Positions 45,217 through 54,395 of a stretch of 64,000 nucleotides of DNA are shown piece by piece. The stretch comes from an uncultured Gammaproteobacteria bacterium (lineage in GTDB: Bacteria; Pseudomonadota; Gammaproteobacteria; Arenicellales; Poriferihabitantaceae), in assembly GCA_937992195.1 (NCBI GenBank), contig CALKKV010000009.1:9832-73831 (forward strand), in the 5' to 3' direction. A program made the translations under genes and the position numbers. Under the pieces are notes generated by a model that ran no database searches, had not been told where the DNA came from, and worked only from the letters and a program-made list of their open reading frames with translations. Each line of letters opens with the position of its first letter. The first letter of the stretch is position 1.

Positions 45217-46173
45217 ATGAGTAATGGACTTAAGTCTGCGGTACTCCATACAGCAGTAGTCGTTGGCTTTTTACTGCTGCAATATGTACTGCCGGAATAT
45301 CACCTTTTGTCCGTAACCCGCATCATGCTTCTGGCAGTTTTTGCTATGGGGTTTAATTTACTGTTTGGTTATACCGGTCTTTTAAGTTTAGGCCACGCGA
45401 TGTTTTTTTCAGCCGGCATGTATGGTGCTGGATTATCGGTTTATCATTTGGGTTGGTCAGTACCAACGGCTTTTATATTTGGAATACTGTGTGGCGCCTT
45501 GCTAGGGTTTTTGATTGGTTTAATAGCACTCCGTACCACGGGTGTTGCTTTTATGATTGTCACCCTGATGTTTGCAAAGGTGACCTATTTAGTGATCGTG
45601 TACTTTACCCAGTACACCCGTGGAGATGAAGGACTGGTGATGCCTGCTGAATCACGAAGCTTTGATCTTTTTGGAATGCACTTTTCGTTAACGGATTCAG
45701 TAACCCGATATAACCTGGCACTTGGTCTTCTTGCTTTGACGATGTTTATCGTTTTTTTGCTGGTTCGAGGGCGATTCGGCAGATCATTAATTGCGATTCG
45801 TGAGAATGAGTCTCGCACCAAAATGCTTGGTTACAATACCTTTTTCATTAAGCTGAAAGCACTAACCGTGTCGGCGGCGCTATCAGCGTTATCGGGCTCA
45901 GCATATGCGCTCATGTTTGCGTATATCGGCTCTTCCTTCGCCAATATTCAATATTCAATTGATCCATTGCTCTACAGTTTGCTTGGTGGGGCTGGCACGA
46001 TTCTCGGTCCGGTTTTTGGCACCTTCACTATGTTTTATTTGATTGATATTGCTAGTGAATATACTTCCGCTTATCTATTAGTGACGGGCATTGTTTTGGT
46101 TATCCTTGTCTTGTATTTCCCCCGTGGTGTTTTTGGCGCAATAAGACAAAATTTTTGTCGGTGGTTGCCGTGA
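45217..46173 (+). CDS. Branched-chain amino acid-type ABC transporter permease (LivM family)
   Basis: LLFGYTGLLSLGHAMFF motif and multiple TM helices. Confidence 0.9.
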   Translation: MSNGLKSAVLHTAVVVGFLLLQYVLPEYHLLSVTRIMLLAVFAMGFNLLFGYTGLLSLGHAMFFSAGMYGAGLSVYHLGWSVPTAFIFGILCGALLGFLIGLIALRTTGVAFMIVTLMFAKVTYLVIVYFTQYTRGDEGLVMPAESRSFDLFGMHFSLTDSVTRYNLALGLLALTMFIVFLLVRGRFGRSLIAIRENESRTKMLGYNTFFIKLKALTVSAALSALSGSAYALMFAYIGSSFANIQYSIDPLLYSLLGGAGTILGPVFGTFTMFYLIDIASEYTSAYLLVTGIVLVILVLYFPRGVFGAIRQNFCRWLP

Positions 46174-46898
46174 GCTTGCTTGTAACCAGACAGGTAGGAA
46201 AGCGTTTTGGTGGCTTGAAAGCGGTAGATGGTGTCGACTTTGTTCTAGAGGAAGGAGAAATACATGCGCTGATCGGTCCGAATGGTGCAGGCAAGACGAC
46301 ATTTGTGAGTCTGCTATGCGGCAGACTGGAGTTAACCAAAGGGGATATCTATTTTAACGGCGAAGAGATAACCAATATGCCTGCATGGCAACGTGTCAGA
46401 AAAGGTATTGCGTACACGTTTCAAATCACCAGCATTTATCCGAATCTAACTGTCTTTCAAAATGTTGCGATCGCCGCGCAACATAGTAAAGAAATGTCGC
46501 TTTCGGTTGAGAAACAGGCACACAATGCATTGCAGAAAGTAGGTTTGGATGAGCTGCAAGAGCAGGAAGCCGGCGCACTCGCTTATGGCCATCAACGGGT
46601 GTTAGAAGTCGCTATGGGTGTTGCGTTAGCGCCAGAATTATTAATTCTAGACGAGCCGACTCAGGGATTGTCTGACATAGAAATAGAACAGTTCTGTCAG
46701 ATGATACGTGAAGTAAATCGTGACACAACCGTGTTGCTTATTGAACATAATATGCAGGTGGTGATGTCACTGGCAGAGCGTATCTCCGTCTTGGATCAAG
46801 GCCGTCTTATAGCACAAGGAACCCCCGCAGAGATCCAGGCGAATGCCAAAGTACAGGCTGCATATCTCGGGACAGTTGAGGGTGAAAATGCTACTTGA
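46170..46898 (+). CDS. ABC transporter ATP-binding protein (LivG family)
   Basis: Walker A GPNGAGKTT, signature LAYGHQR, Walker B LLILDEP. The GTG at 46170 overlaps the livM-like stop (GTGA). The ORF-track start 46155 is a TTG. Confidence 0.9.
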   Translation: MSLLVTRQVGKRFGGLKAVDGVDFVLEEGEIHALIGPNGAGKTTFVSLLCGRLELTKGDIYFNGEEITNMPAWQRVRKGIAYTFQITSIYPNLTVFQNVAIAAQHSKEMSLSVEKQAHNALQKVGLDELQEQEAGALAYGHQRVLEVAMGVALAPELLILDEPTQGLSDIEIEQFCQMIREVNRDTTVLLIEHNMQVVMSLAERISVLDQGRLIAQGTPAEIQANAKVQAAYLGTVEGENAT

Positions 46899-47583
46899 GC
46901 TGGAAAAAGTGGATTGTTTTTATGGCGATCTGCAGGTTGTCAAACAGGTATCTCTACATTTAAAAGCAGGAGAGGTGCTGTGTTTGCTGGGCCGCAACGG
47001 CGCGGGAAAAACGACCTTGTTAAAATCGATTATGGGGCAGGTTCGAAGGCGGGGGAGCATTCGTTTAAGTGGCCAACCTATTGAGAATCTTTCTGCCCAC
47101 GAAATACCAAAATTTGGTGTTGGTTATGTGCCACAAGGTAGGCGACTATTTTCAGAGTTGACGGTGAGAGAAAACCTGTCGATTGGTGAAATGGCGCGCG
47201 TTAAGGGTCAGGCGAATCTCAAAGACATATTCACTCTTTTCCCAGTGCTTGAGAAAAGACTGGATCAGATGTCCGGTACCTTGAGTGGTGGTGAGCAGCA
47301 AATGTTGGCAATGGCCAGAGCGTTGTGTATCGGACCGAAAGTGCTAATGTTAGACGAGCCTACCGAGGGGTTGATGCCACAAATGATTGCGAATATAAGA
47401 GAAGTGATTGTCAGATTAAAACAGCAAGGTGTGGGGATATTGCTTGTTGAGCAGCGCGTTGAAGCGGTATTGTCAGTTGCCGACCGTATTGCGTTTATCG
47501 AAAACGGACTTTTACAAGAAACCGTTGATCGGCAGCAGCTTGAGGAGAATGATGCTTCGCTCAAGAAATATATTGGAATTTAG
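46888..47583 (+). CDS. ABC transporter ATP-binding protein (LivF family)
   Basis: Walker A GRNGAGKTT, signature LSGGEQQ, Walker B LMLDEP. The ATG at 46888 overlaps the preceding gene by 11 nt. Confidence 0.9.
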   Translation: MLLELEKVDCFYGDLQVVKQVSLHLKAGEVLCLLGRNGAGKTTLLKSIMGQVRRRGSIRLSGQPIENLSAHEIPKFGVGYVPQGRRLFSELTVRENLSIGEMARVKGQANLKDIFTLFPVLEKRLDQMSGTLSGGEQQMLAMARALCIGPKVLMLDEPTEGLMPQMIANIREVIVRLKQQGVGILLVEQRVEAVLSVADRIAFIENGLLQETVDRQQLEENDASLKKYIGI

Positions 47584-47724
47584 GGAACCTCTGCAAAAGT
47601 CATGATCGGAAATCTTGAGCGAAAAATATCCAATATCAGCGTTGTATAACTTCGCAATATCGCTGCTATTACGGGAATTTTGCGCCTTGATCTTGAAAAT
47701 ATTTCATCTCAATCTTCCACGTCT

Positions 47725-47766
47725 CGCCGACCGCACCTCGCCGGTCGCACCTCGCCGGTCGCACCC
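47725..47766. repeat. 3 x 14-nt GC-rich tandem repeat in a convergent intergenic region
   Basis: cgccgaccgcacct cgccggtcgcacct cgccggtcgcaccc, read directly. Located between the livF-like and pncA stops. Confidence 0.75.
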
Positions 47767-47803
47767 AGACTTTTGTAGAGGCTCCCTAGAATAATACTTG
47801 GAT

Positions 47804-48457
47804 TCAGCTGCCGACAAGGGATTCTTCGATCGCAATGTTAGCATTTCGCATATTGTTGATTTGATGATCCAGGGAGCCAGCAAGATCAATCGCGCGACAG
47901 GCGGGCAAAACGATGGACGTTTCATACCCTAGTTTTGCAGCGTCTAACGCCGACCAGGCCACGCAATAGTCGGTGGCTAATCCACACAATACAAGTTTTT
48001 TAATAGACCGGTCTTGCAGGTAACCGTGTAACCCTGTAGGTGTCGATTGGTCATTTTCAAAAAATGCAGAGTAGCTGTCAATATTTTCTCTGAATCCTTT
48101 TCTTACCGTCATTTGCGCAGAATTTGTATTGAGATTCGAATGGAAGTTAGCGCCATCTGATGCGGCAACGCAGTGCGGAGGCCATAGAGTTTGCTCTCCA
48201 TAGTTTAGGCTGACTGATTCGAATGGAGACGCGCCTTCGTGATTGCTGGCAAAGCTAACATGATTCGCTGGATGCCAGTCCTGAGTCAAAATAATATTTT
48301 CAAAACGATCGATCATGGTGTTGATTGGGGCTACGACCTGATCGCCCTCAGCAACTGCCAATGCACCGCCAGGGCAAAAATCATTTTGAACGTCTATTAC
48401 CAAAAGAGCAGATTGCGACATGTTATTACTAAACGGATTTGCTGACTTCGAGTTCAC
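47804..48457 (-). CDS. pncA: Nicotinamidase/pyrazinamidase (isochorismatase family)
   Basis: ALLVIDVQNDFCPGGALAV, QDWHP, and a catalytic Cys in VLCGLATDYCV. An alternative start lies at 48421. Confidence 0.88.
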   Translation of the reverse strand: MNSKSANPFSNNMSQSALLVIDVQNDFCPGGALAVAEGDQVVAPINTMIDRFENIILTQDWHPANHVSFASNHEGASPFESVSLNYGEQTLWPPHCVAASDGANFHSNLNTNSAQMTVRKGFRENIDSYSAFFENDQSTPTGLHGYLQDRSIKKLVLCGLATDYCVAWSALDAAKLGYETSIVLPACRAIDLAGSLDHQINNMRNANIAIEESLVGS

Positions 48458-48523
48458 TTTATCAGATATTTATGGCAAAACGGTATTTTTGAGCATGTCC
48501 TATCAGAAGGTGGCAGATTAACA

Positions 48524-48832
48524 GTGGCGCAAAAACTGAATTCAGAGCACTGTGAATTGTGCAGTCAGATTCGTGATTTAACTTTTCACCATTTGATTCC
48601 GCGAAAGTTGCATAAACGCACTCGATTTAAGAAAAACTACTCACGTGAGCAATTAAATAAAGGAATTTATATATGCCGCCTCTGCCACAACGGCTTGCAC
48701 AGACTTTATAATGAAGAGACGCTGGCTAAGTTGTATAGCGATAAGGAAAAAATCATGGCAGACCCGGTGTTGTTAAAACATATAGACTGGTCGGCAAAGC
48801 AAAAGCTCACCCGCTTTTCCATGAGAGAATAG
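48524..48832 (+). CDS. Small HNH-motif endonuclease-like protein
   Basis: CELC...LTFHHLIPRK...CRLCHNGLH (CxxC-HH-CxxCH arrangement). GTG start. 102 aa. Confidence 0.65.
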   Translation: MAQKLNSEHCELCSQIRDLTFHHLIPRKLHKRTRFKKNYSREQLNKGIYICRLCHNGLHRLYNEETLAKLYSDKEKIMADPVLLKHIDWSAKQKLTRFSMRE

Positions 48833-48910
48833 TGAATGGATAGCGGTCTAAAAATAGATCCACAATCGGCGTCTTAAAGATGCTGTCAACCAATTACCGT
48901 TTGAATTTCT

Positions 48911-50761
48911 ATGCAAGTGCACTACCGAGTTGCCATTATCCTTTGTTTTCTAACGATTAACATTACTATCGCCAGAGCAGTTGAATTACTTCCTGAAGAG
49001 CAGAGGGTGGTCGCGGAAGTATTGTCGGTTTGTGAGTCGATCGGTGAGCAAAACACATCCCTTGAATCTTCGCCTATTCTTTTTCGAGGACATGAGGTTG
49101 GAGAAAGGTACTTATTTCAATTTGAGGACAGATTTGATGTCAGGCTGGATCACGTGCATCCGGACAATCAGCCTGAGCGGTTTGTTGGCGAGGTTTCCGC
49201 GCCAACCAGCGCATTGCGTTTAGCGCCAAAAATATTCATTGGGATGGATCAAAGCTGCGTTGTTCAGCAAGCACGTTATCTACGTTATCAGGATGATGTG
49301 GCAGTAGATTTAAAAATCCTTGGGCCGTCGATGGAAGAAATAGGGTCAGAGCTGTTGAATCCGCCCGTTCCTGAAAATGCTTCTGGATTGAATGACAACA
49401 CTGTTTTAGTTGCGCTCGTAGATTCAGGAGTAAATTATTTATTACCGGAAATTCGAGCCGGGATTGCCAGAGATGGTTCTGGGAACTTGCTTGGGTATGA
49501 TTTCTGGGATATGGATGAACGCCCATTCGATACGCAAACCCCAGGATCGTCTTTTTTTGTCCAACGACACGGTACGCGTACTGCGTCGATATTGCTGCGA
49601 GAAGCACCTGCTACACGCCTAGTCTCTTATCGTTATCCGAGACCGGACTTGAAAAGAATGAAGGCGTTAATCAGTCATGCCGATAGTTTAGGGGTGCGTA
49701 TCATTGGAATGCCGCTTGGAAGCAGAAACAAAGAAGACTGGGAAGTGTTCGAGCAAACTGCTAAAGCCCACCCCCATATCTTGTTTATCGTTTCGGCAGG
49801 AAATAATGGCGCCGATATTGACAAAGCGCCGGTCTATCCTGCTTCGATGAACATAGATAATATGCTAGTTGTCACCTCTGCGGATGATTTTCAGCGGCCT
49901 GCTGAACGCACCAATTGGGGCGTTCAGTCAGTGCATTATACGACCCCTGCTGAATCGGTAGATGCCCTCGATTTTACCGGTCTTGACCGAGCGGTTTCTG
50001 GATCTAGTTATGCAGTTTCCAGAATTGCTGCCCTTGCTTCGAATTTGTTGTCGGAGCGTATCGCAATGACCACCGAGGAATTGAAGGCAGCGATCGCGAA
50101 TAAAGCTCTTGCGCCAGGCAAGGGGCAGTATGTTCGTCTTGGTTACATACCGGATCCGCGCAGTGTCACTGCAGATATGACCTTTCGCTTTGCCGAGAGT
50201 AGTAGTCAAGAGAGTAATCCTGATAGCGGCGGAGAAACTCCGTTGGGCTTCAGCGTATCTGCCCTTGTTTTAGATCATCGCTGGCAGTTTCCGGATGTGC
50301 AATTAGCAATGGAGAGGGCCAATGAGATATTGTCTGTTTGCGGAATATTTATTCAGAATACCGAGTTATTTACGGTAGAAAGTAGCGATTATCTGAAAGA
50401 CCTGTCTGCGGGTACGGCACATACGGTTCTTTCTCGATTTAATCAACTCCGCCCAGACGCCAAAAAGCAGTCCCAGGTGGTGATGGTTTTTGCGCGCGAC
50501 AGCAAAATGCAACAACCGTTTGAAGCAGAAGCATTTGGTGAGGGAAATACGCGGTCCAGGCGTTGGCTCAAGGATTCGTTGTGGGTGACTTATGGGGCAA
50601 GAGATCTCGGAATTACTCTGGCTCATGAGCTTTTTCATATACTCTCTAACGATGGCAGGCATACAACCGAAGCAGGAAATTTAATGACCGCGGAAACCTC
50701 TGGAGATAATGTTGCGCTATCTGAATTTCAGTGCAGCGCGGCGAGGAAGTTTTTTAACTGA
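48911..50761 (+). CDS. Secreted S8 (subtilisin-family) serine peptidase with C-terminal HExxH-containing domain
   Basis: Signal peptide. S8 triad motifs VALVDSGVNY (Asp), HGTRTASI (His) and SGSSYAVSRIA (Ser). The C-terminal about 170 aa contain HELFH at 50624-50638. Confidence 0.85.
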   Translation: MQVHYRVAIILCFLTINITIARAVELLPEEQRVVAEVLSVCESIGEQNTSLESSPILFRGHEVGERYLFQFEDRFDVRLDHVHPDNQPERFVGEVSAPTSALRLAPKIFIGMDQSCVVQQARYLRYQDDVAVDLKILGPSMEEIGSELLNPPVPENASGLNDNTVLVALVDSGVNYLLPEIRAGIARDGSGNLLGYDFWDMDERPFDTQTPGSSFFVQRHGTRTASILLREAPATRLVSYRYPRPDLKRMKALISHADSLGVRIIGMPLGSRNKEDWEVFEQTAKAHPHILFIVSAGNNGADIDKAPVYPASMNIDNMLVVTSADDFQRPAERTNWGVQSVHYTTPAESVDALDFTGLDRAVSGSSYAVSRIAALASNLLSERIAMTTEELKAAIANKALAPGKGQYVRLGYIPDPRSVTADMTFRFAESSSQESNPDSGGETPLGFSVSALVLDHRWQFPDVQLAMERANEILSVCGIFIQNTELFTVESSDYLKDLSAGTAHTVLSRFNQLRPDAKKQSQVVMVFARDSKMQQPFEAEAFGEGNTRSRRWLKDSLWVTYGARDLGITLAHELFHILSNDGRHTTEAGNLMTAETSGDNVALSEFQCSAARKFFN

Positions 50762-52937
50762 CTGTTTCCAATAACTTTCTTTGACCTAGCGACGTAATCT
50801 CTGCCAATAGTGTTTCTTTAACAAACGGTTTGCCTATATGCGTAGTAAAGCCGGCCTGTAAGCATCTATCGATGTCAGATGACAAAACACTGGCAGACAA
50901 AGCAACGATGGGAATACCGCTGTTGTGGCCAGAGCTGGAATGTTCTCGCATCTGCGCAACGGCGGTATAGCCGTCCACTTCGGGCATGTGAATGTCCATA
51001 AAGACTATGTCAAATTCTGTTTCTAAAAACTCTGCTAATGCTTCTTTGCCATTGTTCGCATGGGTAATCAGGTGTCCGGTTTCGCGCAAGTTTTCCTGAA
51101 ATATCATGGCCATGATTGGGTCATCTTCAGCCAGAAGGATTTTTAAATTGTCTGCTTCAGCTACACTGTTTTCAGAGTCCTCTTTCTCGACCTCGATCGG
51201 CTTAATCTCTTGAGAGGTTGCAATCGTAAAATTGAATCTACTTCCTTTCCCTGGTTGACTTTTCAGCCAAAGTTCTCCGCCCATGCGTTCGACTAGCTGC
51301 TTACAAATGGCGAGCCCTAATCCGGTGCCGCCGTATTTCCGCGAGGTCGATTCATCCTCCTGGATAAAAGGCTCAAACATCTCCTGCTGTTTTTTTTCAG
51401 CAATACCTGGACCAGTATCGCTTACCGAGAACATGATTTTACCCGGGTCCGAATGATTGCTGATGTGGATATTGATCTCTCCCTTCTCTGTAAACTTCAC
51501 CGCATTATCAACAAGGTTTCGAAGCACCTGCTCAATTCTAAATTTGTCACCAACCTGAATCTTCTTTACATCGTGATCAATCTTGAGATTAACCTGAACG
51601 TCTTTATTTTTCGAGATTTCCGAATAGGCGATTCTGATATTGTCTGCCATCTCGTGGAGATTAAAACTCACAAGTGAAAGCGAAATCTTGTTGGATTCGA
51701 TTTTGGCAACATCCAGAATTCTGTTGATTAGCGTTAGCAGACTTTCGCTAGAGTCTTCAATAATTCTGAGATATTTGGCGTGTCCGGGATCTTTAATAGA
51801 CTCCAATAATAATCCAGTCATGCCGGTGACAATGGCAATAGGAGACCGAATTTCATGACTCATATTAGCAAGGAAATTAGTCTTTGCCTGACTGGCCGTT
51901 TCTGCTACTTCTTTCATTTCTTCAGCGGTCTTTACTGCAGTATTTAATTCAGTCAGATCTTTAACTCCACCTCGATAACCTTGTAGTTTCCCAGTGGCAT
52001 CTCGAATTGGTTTGGCGTCAACACGTAAATACTTCTTGGTGCCATTCTTCAAAAGAAATTGAAGCGGAATATCATTTACCTGCTGATCGGATTGAAACGC
52101 CTGTATAAATTTGTCGTCGTTGTCATTAGAGTTTTGTTCATCGAACAAGGAAGGGCGAAGGGTTTTGCCAAGTGCTTTGGAAGACGGTAAGCCAGTTAAC
52201 TTCTCAAACTTGGCGGACAAATACGTTGTTTTTAAGTCTTTGTCTGTTTCCCAGAGGAAATCAGAAGTGATATTGGCGAACTCACGAAACCGAAAGTCAC
52301 TGTTAAAAAGTCGTTCAGAAATAGACAGCTGATTCCAAATCAAAGCAACCAGCCATAAGGTTAGCAAGACAAATGCGATTAAGCCAACGGTGGCAATAGT
52401 TCTAAATTGAGAAATACTCTCTGATTGGTTGATCATGATGTTTGCGGCTTTCGTGTTTGCCGCATCATCGAGGTCTCGTGATTGAACAAATGCTTCAGTC
52501 GATCTTAGATGTAGTAACTGCAAAACAACGGGTGAGTTGGGGTCTAGATCATGGATACCGTCCTTGAGCCAGTTGTCAATATCGAACAGTGCGGGAAATA
52601 CGACGGCGTGAATCGAGGCTGCACCCAGTAAATTCTCGAACCGAAAAGTTTCTCTTACGTATGTGAGCTGCTTTTGGGTTGCTAATAGATCGTCCAACAC
52701 GTTCTGCTGGTAGGTCGAGTTATTCGGTACGTCCTTTAAATCGGAGATAGAGTTAGTGAGATATCCGAGATTCTGAGTGAGTGTGGTTAATGCCGATTTT
52801 TCGTTGATAACCTGAATCGGTAACGATGATTCGACTTCGCGCATTGTCGTTTGAACGTAGTACACGCCGAATAGTACAATGCCTAAGATCGCAACAATTA
52901 TTGCGATTGCATAACACCTGTTCTTGGTTGGATTCAT
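50754..52937 (-). CDS. Hybrid sensor histidine kinase/response regulator (2 TM plus periplasmic domain, PAS, HisKA, HATPase, REC)
   Basis: H-box FLANMSHEIRSPI, N/G boxes (NLVDNAVKFT, DTGPGI, GGTGLGLAI), and a C-terminal receiver ILLAEDD...FMDIHMPEVDG. Confidence 0.9.
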   Translation of the reverse strand: MNPTKNRCYAIAIIVAILGIVLFGVYYVQTTMREVESSLPIQVINEKSALTTLTQNLGYLTNSISDLKDVPNNSTYQQNVLDDLLATQKQLTYVRETFRFENLLGAASIHAVVFPALFDIDNWLKDGIHDLDPNSPVVLQLLHLRSTEAFVQSRDLDDAANTKAANIMINQSESISQFRTIATVGLIAFVLLTLWLVALIWNQLSISERLFNSDFRFREFANITSDFLWETDKDLKTTYLSAKFEKLTGLPSSKALGKTLRPSLFDEQNSNDNDDKFIQAFQSDQQVNDIPLQFLLKNGTKKYLRVDAKPIRDATGKLQGYRGGVKDLTELNTAVKTAEEMKEVAETASQAKTNFLANMSHEIRSPIAIVTGMTGLLLESIKDPGHAKYLRIIEDSSESLLTLINRILDVAKIESNKISLSLVSFNLHEMADNIRIAYSEISKNKDVQVNLKIDHDVKKIQVGDKFRIEQVLRNLVDNAVKFTEKGEINIHISNHSDPGKIMFSVSDTGPGIAEKKQQEMFEPFIQEDESTSRKYGGTGLGLAICKQLVERMGGELWLKSQPGKGSRFNFTIATSQEIKPIEVEKEDSENSVAEADNLKILLAEDDPIMAMIFQENLRETGHLITHANNGKEALAEFLETEFDIVFMDIHMPEVDGYTAVAQMREHSSSGHNSGIPIVALSASVLSSDIDRCLQAGFTTHIGKPFVKETLLAEITSLGQRKLLETVS

Positions 52938-52959
52938 TCTCTACGAATATCTAATGGTC

Positions 52960-53988
52960 TTATTCTGATACCGGCAGGTTTAATTCACTGTAGAAACGAA
53001 GCGCACCCGAATGAAACGGAACCGAGACGCTTTTATTTAGATTTTCAGTGGAGATTTCGCTACCTATGGAATGTCCACTTGTTAGGATTTCTCTAGTCAT
53101 TTCGCTCCAGAGCTTTTTAGTGATTTGGTAGACAGTCGCAGGTAGTAATTTTTCAGATACCAGCAGCAGCGCGCCTACTCCAATCGTGTTTATTTCGCTA
53201 ATATTTGGATAAGTTCCATCTGGTATGATCTGCTCTGAAAAGAACTTTACATTCTCTAAGAGTTTGGATTTTTCAGGGCCGTCAATAGGTACTAGTGTTA
53301 CTTTTCCGGATTGCGCTAGTTCAGAAATAGTTGGAACTGGAAGTCCTCCGACAATGAAAAATGCATCGAGTTTGTCGTCGAGAAGCTTTGATTTGGCAAT
53401 GCCGGGTTTTATATATTCGACATTGAGGTCTGCAGCGGTTAAACCATACGCCTCTAGAAGAAGGGTGGCATCAACCAGTGTTCCCGAGCCAGGTTCGTCG
53501 AGAGATACGCGCTTGCCTTTTAGGTCATGAATGGAGCGAATATTGGCTTCTTTACGCGCCACGAGATGTACGCTTTCCATATACAAGCTGCCAATAGCGC
53601 GAAGGTATGATTTTGGTTCTTTGTTTTTAAACACCCCCGTGCCGTTGAAAGCCCAGTGCGCGACATCAGATTGAACCAATCCTGCTTCCAAGGTGCCGTC
53701 CTGAATACCTTTAGCATTTGCTATGGAGCCATTTGAAGCCTGGTGTACAGCAATAATAGGGCTGCTGACGGTATCGCATTCAGACGTTTGACATATTCGG
53801 TAGCCTTCAGTATCGCTGATTGCTTGAGCAATTAAACCGCCGATTGGATAGTAAGTTCCCGTTGGTCCTCCCGTTCCAATTCGAATTAGATTGGCTTCTT
53901 CAGCATAAGACTGCGGGTAGGAAAATAAACAAATAATAAAAAATAAACTTGCGGTGATAGATCTCTTTGAGTAAGTCTTACGGTTCAT
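52960..53988 (-). CDS. TAXI-family TRAP-type solute-binding protein (no TRAP permease adjacent)
   Basis: Signal peptide, then IRIGTGGPTGTYYPIGGLIAQAI, the hallmark TAXI N-terminal motif. The ATG at 53988 is preferred to 54033. Confidence 0.85.
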   Translation of the reverse strand: MNRKTYSKRSITASLFFIICLFSYPQSYAEEANLIRIGTGGPTGTYYPIGGLIAQAISDTEGYRICQTSECDTVSSPIIAVHQASNGSIANAKGIQDGTLEAGLVQSDVAHWAFNGTGVFKNKEPKSYLRAIGSLYMESVHLVARKEANIRSIHDLKGKRVSLDEPGSGTLVDATLLLEAYGLTAADLNVEYIKPGIAKSKLLDDKLDAFFIVGGLPVPTISELAQSGKVTLVPIDGPEKSKLLENVKFFSEQIIPDGTYPNISEINTIGVGALLLVSEKLLPATVYQITKKLWSEMTREILTSGHSIGSEISTENLNKSVSVPFHSGALRFYSELNLPVSE

Positions 53989-54041
53989 AATGCATCGTAT
54001 GCCTACATTATTGGGACTTTGCTTCAGAAGCATTTTCAGCG

Positions 54042-54395
54042 TTACTTGTAACAGTCTTCTACTGCTGTGTTTAGTTTCTCAAGATCATTGAAGAGTTCTT
54101 GAGAAAAGTCATCTTCCAGTTTGTTTTGATCTTCTTCTCTTACCCGTCGCAAACTAAGATTTATTTCTCGCGCTATATTCGACAGTGTAACAAAACCGAC
54201 GGAGCCGGCGGTACCAGTGAGCTGATGGGTGACATCAAACATCGTTTCTATGGCGGCACGCACCTGAAATGAGTTCTTATCGGCTTCCAAATGAAGCTTG
54301 GCTTCATGTAGTCTAGTGACTCTTTCCGGTAAGCTTTCTACAAAGCGATTGCGAATCGCTAATAGTTCTGGTGATACTTCTTCATTGTTTATCAA
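54042..54395 (-). CDS. Histidine phosphotransfer (Hpt) domain protein
   Basis: The HQLTGTAGSVGF motif contains the phosphorylatable His. The TTG start overlaps the upstream stop (TTGA). 117 aa. Confidence 0.8.
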   Translation of the reverse strand: MINNEEVSPELLAIRNRFVESLPERVTRLHEAKLHLEADKNSFQVRAAIETMFDVTHQLTGTAGSVGFVTLSNIAREINLSLRRVREEDQNKLEDDFSQELFNDLEKLNTAVEDCYK

